DNA from: an uncultured Bacillota bacterium
Lineage (GTDB): Bacteria > Bacillota > DTU025 > MWDF01
DNA length: 64,000 nt
Reading direction: 5' to 3'
Assembly (NCBI GenBank): GCA_963823655.1
Contig: CAWGMK010000013.1
Span: 192,001-256,000 of the forward strand
The translations under genes were made by a program, and so were the position numbers. Under the pieces are notes generated by a model. The model was not told the DNA's origin. It made no database searches and saw only the letters and a list, made by a program, of their open reading frames with translations. Shown piece after piece: positions 59,125 to 64,000 of this stretch (positions within the stretch are counted from its first letter, which is position 1; every line of letters starts with the position of its first letter).

Positions 59125-61232
59125 TGCCCCAAAGTCTGGTAATAGTTGAGTCTCCCGCGAAGGTGAAGACGCTGACGAAATTCCTCGGCAAGGATTACGT
59201 CGTGAAGGCTTCGGTCGGACACGTCCGCGACCTTCCCAAATCCAAGCTGGGAGTCGATATTGAGGACAACTACAAGCCTCAGTATAAAGAATCTGCCGAT
59301 AAAAGCGCCGTCATCAAGGAGCTGAAGGCCGCCGCCAGCAAGGCGAAGGCCATACTACTTGCCACCGACCCTGACAGGGAGGGCGAGGCTATCTCCTGGC
59401 ACCTGGCGGAGATACTCGGCGTTAAACCCGAGCAGCCGGTGAGGATCCAGTTCAATGAGATAACTGAAAGGGCAGTCAAAGAAGCCATACGCAACCCTAG
59501 GCCTATAGATATGGGCCTTGTGGACGCACAACAAGCCAGAAGGATCCTGGACAGGCTCGTCGGCTACAAGCTCAGCCCGTTTCTCTGGAAAAAGGTAAGA
59601 AGCAAGCTGTCGGCGGGACGGGTCCAATCTGTGGCACTTAGGCTCATTTGCGACAGGGAAGCCGAGATCGAGGCTTTCGTACCTGTTGAATTCTGGACGA
59701 TAGAGGCCATCCTTGAAAAGATGGGCGGGGGCAAGTTCACCGCCAAGTACTTCAAAGGAAAGACCATTAAAATTGAGGACCCGGACTTCGCCAGGAAAAC
59801 GGTCGAAGAGTGCAAGTCCTCAGGCTTCGCAATAGACAAAGTTGAAGTCAAGAACACTTCAAAAAGGCCATCGGCGCCTCTTATAACATCGACTCTCCAG
59901 CAAGAGGCCTACAGGAAGCTGGGGCTTACCGCAAGGTCTACGATGTCGATAGCGCAACAACTGTATGAGGGAATGGAGCTTGAAGGCCTAGGGCATGTCG
60001 CCCTTATCACCTACATGAGGACCGACTCTTACAGGATCGCCGACGAGGCGAGGGATGCCGCGAAATCGTACATTGCCGACAAGTACGGCAAGGATTACCT
60101 TCCTGCAAAGGACCGGCTGTATTCCACAAAGGCATCCGCGCAGGACGCACATGAGGCAATCAGGCCTGTAAGATTCGACATGGAGCCGGAGGACATGAAG
60201 AAATTCCTCTCAAGGGACCAGTACAGGCTCTACAAGCTGATCTGGAACCGCTTCTTCGCAAGCCAGATGGCAGACATGAAGCTCGAGGTGACCACGATAA
60301 TAGCCGTTTCCGCGGGCCATACATTCAAGGCCCTCGGCACTAAGGTGAAGTTCGATGGATTCGGCGTGCTCTACAACTCCGGCGCAATGGCGGACGAGGA
60401 AGAGGGCGAGGATGCTCAGAAGCTGCCGTCTCTTGTAGCAGGCGAAAAGGTAAACCTCATTGAGATCAAACCTTCGCAGGAGTTCACTCAGCCCCCTTCA
60501 AGATACACCGAGGGAAGCCTGGTCAAGGCGCTGGAGGAAAATGGCATAGGCAGGCCTTCTACATACGCCGCCATCATCGACACCATAAAGAAAAGGGACT
60601 ACGTGGACATAAAGGAGAAGGCGTTTGCGCCGACTACGATAGGTAGTGCAGTGTGCGAAGTCCTCAAAGCCAACTTCGAGGATATCGTTAATGTAGACTT
60701 CACTGCTGAAATGGAAAAGAAACTCGACTCGATCGGAGAGAAGAAAGCTGAGTGGACGAAGGTAATCGACGAGTTCTACGTACCTTTCAGCGCGAAACTC
60801 GGAGATGCCGAGGTGAGCCAGCAAAGGGTGAAGATAGCCGTTGAGCTTCTCGACGAGATGTGCCCGGACTGCGGAAAGCCCCTGGTTGTAAGACGGAGCC
60901 GTTTCGGCCCCTTTGTGGGCTGCAGCGGATATCCCGATTGCAAGTATATAAAGAAGAAGGAGAAGGTAATCCTCTCCTTCAAATGCCCTCTTTGCGGCAA
61001 CCCGATCGAGGAGCGCATGACCAAGTTCAAGCGCAAGGTCTACAGCTGCTCCGGCTACCCGGCGTGCAAATTCTCGGTCTGGAAGAAGCCGGAAGATACA
61101 TTGTGCGACGAATGTGGCAGTTTCACCGTTTCATATGGCAGGGGCAAATCCAAGCAGTACAAATGCCCCAACCCGAACTGCTCCAAGTATGAGGGGGCTA
61201 AGGATGAACCGGAAGGAAAGCCTGAGCAATAG
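59121..61232 (+). CDS. topA: DNA topoisomerase I
   Basis: IVESPAK, DPDREGE, SAGRVQS, ITYMRTDS, three C-terminal Zn ribbons. Confidence 0.97.
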   Translation: MMPQSLVIVESPAKVKTLTKFLGKDYVVKASVGHVRDLPKSKLGVDIEDNYKPQYKESADKSAVIKELKAAASKAKAILLATDPDREGEAISWHLAEILGVKPEQPVRIQFNEITERAVKEAIRNPRPIDMGLVDAQQARRILDRLVGYKLSPFLWKKVRSKLSAGRVQSVALRLICDREAEIEAFVPVEFWTIEAILEKMGGGKFTAKYFKGKTIKIEDPDFARKTVEECKSSGFAIDKVEVKNTSKRPSAPLITSTLQQEAYRKLGLTARSTMSIAQQLYEGMELEGLGHVALITYMRTDSYRIADEARDAAKSYIADKYGKDYLPAKDRLYSTKASAQDAHEAIRPVRFDMEPEDMKKFLSRDQYRLYKLIWNRFFASQMADMKLEVTTIIAVSAGHTFKALGTKVKFDGFGVLYNSGAMADEEEGEDAQKLPSLVAGEKVNLIEIKPSQEFTQPPSRYTEGSLVKALEENGIGRPSTYAAIIDTIKKRDYVDIKEKAFAPTTIGSAVCEVLKANFEDIVNVDFTAEMEKKLDSIGEKKAEWTKVIDEFYVPFSAKLGDAEVSQQRVKIAVELLDEMCPDCGKPLVVRRSRFGPFVGCSGYPDCKYIKKKEKVILSFKCPLCGNPIEERMTKFKRKVYSCSGYPACKFSVWKKPEDTLCDECGSFTVSYGRGKSKQYKCPNPNCSKYEGAKDEPEGKPEQ

Positions 61233-62556
61233 CATCACTGTGGTCGGCGGCGGCCTGGCGGGCTGCGAGGCGGCCTGGCAGGCCGCCAGGCTCGGCTTAG
61301 AGGTAAAGCTCTTCGAGATGAGGCCATCAGTAATGACGCCGGCCCACACAGGAGCACATCTTGCCGAGCTTGTATGCTCGAATTCATTAGGCGCTTTAAG
61401 CTCGGATGTCCCCGCAGGCCTGCTGAAAGAGGAGCTGCGCCAGCTGAATTCTCTGATCATCGGCTGCGCCGACGAAAGCAAGGTGCCTGCCGGAGGAGCC
61501 CTGGCCGTTGACCGCATCAAGTTCAGCGAAGCCATCGAACGCAGGATAGAAGAGAACCCCTTAATTGAACTAATCCGAGGAGAGATTGCGGATATCGAAA
61601 GCCTGCAAAGGCCCGCGGTAATTGCTACCGGGCCTCTTACGTCCGCGCCTCTTATGCAGAATCTTGAGGCTTTGCTGGGCGGCAACTCACTTTATATGTA
61701 CGACGCCGTGGCGCCGATAATTGCCGCAGACAGCATCGACTTGTCCAAAGTATACCTGGCCTCGCGCTACGGCAAGGGGGAGCCCGACTACCTGAACTGC
61801 CCGATGGACGAAGCACAGTACTTGGCATTCTACAAAGCGCTTGTTGAAGCCGAAAGGGTTCCCCTTACAAGGGCAGAGGACATTAAACTGTTCGAAGCCT
61901 GCATGCCTATCGAGGAGATGGCCGACAGAGGAGTCGATACCATTAAATTCGGCCCGCTGAAGCCCGTCGGACTAGATGACCCTGCAACGGGAAGGATGCC
62001 TTATGCCGTAGTACAGCTCAGGAAGGAAGACCTTCCGGGGACAAGCTATAACATGGTCGGCTTCCAAACCAGGCTCAGATGGTCCGAGCAGAAGAGGGTG
62101 TTCTCCATGATACCCGGGCTCGAGAACGCGGAATTCCTGCGTTATGGCGTTGTCCACAGGAACTCCTATCTCAATTCGCCCGGCATACTGGACACCGACA
62201 TGATGTTCATCGATCATGAGGGCTTGTTTGCAGCGGGCCAGCTTACGGGCTCTGAAGGTTATGTCGAATCGACTGCAACCGGAGCGATTGCCGGAATCAA
62301 CGCTGCAAGATTGGCACTTGGGCTTGCAAGCTGCAGGTTCCCGCTTGGCAGCTGCATCGGTGCGCTTGCTTCTTACATTTCCAAGGGCAAGGGCACTACT
62401 TTCGACCCTATGAGCATGAACTTCGGCCTGCTGCCGGAGCCTTCAGTTAGGCCAAAAAGCAGGAAAAGCAAACGTGAGATGCAAATTTCCGCCGCAAAGG
62501 CGTCTTTTAATGCCTTCCTTTCAGATGGTGGTGGCTCATCAAATGGCAACAGATAG
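61204..62556 (+). CDS. trmFO: Folate-dependent tRNA (uracil-54)-methyltransferase
   Basis: GGGLAGCEAA, ELVCSNS, GPLKPVGL, VGFQT, AGQLTGSEGY. Confidence 0.95.
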   Translation: MNRKESLSNSITVVGGGLAGCEAAWQAARLGLEVKLFEMRPSVMTPAHTGAHLAELVCSNSLGALSSDVPAGLLKEELRQLNSLIIGCADESKVPAGGALAVDRIKFSEAIERRIEENPLIELIRGEIADIESLQRPAVIATGPLTSAPLMQNLEALLGGNSLYMYDAVAPIIAADSIDLSKVYLASRYGKGEPDYLNCPMDEAQYLAFYKALVEAERVPLTRAEDIKLFEACMPIEEMADRGVDTIKFGPLKPVGLDDPATGRMPYAVVQLRKEDLPGTSYNMVGFQTRLRWSEQKRVFSMIPGLENAEFLRYGVVHRNSYLNSPGILDTDMMFIDHEGLFAAGQLTGSEGYVESTATGAIAGINAARLALGLASCRFPLGSCIGALASYISKGKGTTFDPMSMNFGLLPEPSVRPKSRKSKREMQISAAKASFNAFLSDGGGSSNGNR

Positions 62557-63439
62557 CATAGCCGCGTTCATAGAGTACATCCTCCTGGAGAGGCGCATGT
62601 CGCCCAGGACCGCATCATCATACGAATCGGACTTGAAGTCTTTTGTTACCTTCCTGGAACAGAGGACCGGACGCAGTTTCGAGCCGACCTCGGTAAACCA
62701 GATGGATATCAGGCGGTATCTGTCCTACCTGCAGTCCGCAGGAAGGGCGAGAAGGACGATATTACGAAGGCTGGCTGCCATAAAATCCTATTTCAGGTTT
62801 TGCATTAGAAGAGGTTTCTGTACGCTAAACCCCACCGACCTTCTAGCTCCTATGAAGAGGGAGAAGAGGCTGCCCAGGGCCCTGCCTCAGGCTGATGTGG
62901 AGAAGCTGCTCCTGGCCCCGTCCGGAGAAAACCCGCTTGGTATAAGGGACAGGGCGATACTTGAGCTGATCTACTCTTCAGGAATCAGGTTGTCCGAGGC
63001 CGTCGGGCTGGATATGAGGGACTACGACAGGTCGCATGCCACCGTCAGGGTCATGGGAAAAGGATCGAAGGAGAGGATCGCGCCTGTCGGATCAGTGGCC
63101 GCCTCGGCGCTAGCTCAATATTTCTCGGAATCGAGGCCAAAACTGGCCTTGAAAGCGGGCGTTGAGGCAATCTTCCTTTCCATTAGGGGAGACAGGCTTA
63201 CTGGAAGGCAGATCCAAAGGATTATGGCCAAATACGATAGGCAGGCCGGTCTTAGCGGAAGCCCATCGCCTCATGCCCTAAGGCACTCATTCGCCACGCA
63301 CCTTCTGGATTCGGGAGCGGACCTAAGGGCTGTACAGGAGCTGCTAGGGCACGCCGACATCTCATCGACCCAGATCTACACGGCGGTCTCCAAAGAGAGG
63401 CTTATGGCATCATACAGGAAGAACCATCCCAGATCATGA
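62543..63439 (+). CDS. xerC: Tyrosine recombinase XerC/CodV
   Basis: [36 protein letters not shown]...TQIY; topA-trmFO-xerC-hslV synteny. Confidence 0.9.
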   Translation: MATDSIAAFIEYILLERRMSPRTASSYESDLKSFVTFLEQRTGRSFEPTSVNQMDIRRYLSYLQSAGRARRTILRRLAAIKSYFRFCIRRGFCTLNPTDLLAPMKREKRLPRALPQADVEKLLLAPSGENPLGIRDRAILELIYSSGIRLSEAVGLDMRDYDRSHATVRVMGKGSKERIAPVGSVAASALAQYFSESRPKLALKAGVEAIFLSIRGDRLTGRQIQRIMAKYDRQAGLSGSPSPHALRHSFATHLLDSGADLRAVQELLGHADISSTQIYTAVSKERLMASYRKNHPRS

Positions 63440-63453
63440 CCGGAGGGATAATA

Positions 63454-63991
63454 ATGAGCAAATTCGAAGGAACCACCGTAGTCTGCGTTATAAGAGAAGG
63501 CAAATGCGCAATGGCGTCGGACGGCCAGATAACGGTGGGCAATACGATTATGAAGCATACTGCCAAAAAGGTAAGGATCATATCGGGCGGGAAAGTGCTC
63601 GCCGGCTTCGCGGGATCTGTGGCAGATTCAGTCGCACTGTCTAGAGAAGTTCGAGTCGAAAATGAGCGAATACAAGGGGAATCTAGTCCGCGCCGCTACC
63701 GAACTGGCGAAGGACTGGCGCATGGACAAGGTAATGAGGCAGCTTGAAGCACTCTTGCTGGTAACTGACGGCAAGACGCTGCTGCTTCTTTCAGGAAGCG
63801 GAGATGTGATAGAACCGGAGGACGGAATAGCTGCTATCGGCTCAGGGGGCCCGTATGCGCTCGCAGCAGCCAGGGCATTGGCATTAAACACTACGATGCA
63901 GGCCGACGAGATCGCAGAGAAGTCATTGAAGATCGCTTCTGACATCTGCATATATACTAACGGCAACATTACTATCGAAAGGCTCGGGTGA
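63454..63991 (+). CDS. hslV: ATP-dependent protease peptidase subunit (apparent +1 insertion near 63640)
   Basis: [36 protein letters not shown]. Confidence 0.93.
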
Positions 63992-64000
63992 AGAATGGAG

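Noticed and set aside
62543-63439. Integrase of a mobile element or invertase for the surface locus
   Set aside because: Canonical topA-trmFO-xerC-hslV synteny indicates the chromosomal Xer recombinase.

Overview
Bacterial chromosomal window, most likely from an anaerobic Bacillota (Clostridia-like) organism, judged by gene order, a T-box, an L19 leader and type-A RNase P. Three zones. (1) 1-13.9 kb is an accessory surface-protein locus: two tandem cassettes, each a giant multi-domain FN3/Ig-like secreted protein followed by a 184-aa lipoprotein and a terminator. Their 5' parts have diverged, but the last 1460 bp (1971-3430 = 11413-12872) are near-identical with 4 visible SNPs. An orphan Dam-like methyltransferase follows. 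(2) 14-34 kb holds ppdK-dgt-dnaG-sigA, then a ~10.5-kb accessory block between tRNA-Asn and tRNA-CAT (MATE, lipase-glpK, an A20-variant GEMM-I cyclic-dinucleotide riboswitch over an unannotated small secreted protein, tandem-cupin HD-GYP, MarR/4Fe-4S/two-component cluster), rnpB and a rubredoxin/rubrerythrin cluster. (3) 34-64 kb is a conserved but pared-down housekeeping run from ileS to hslV, with fakA, two fakB and plsX-acp but no fab genes. Many genes, several essential (sigA, ileS, trmD), carry single-base insertions that are probably long-read errors. The best novelty candidate is the 'variable giant protein + constant C-terminal module + dedicated lipoprotein' cassette array. All calls are from manual reading; no database searches were run.
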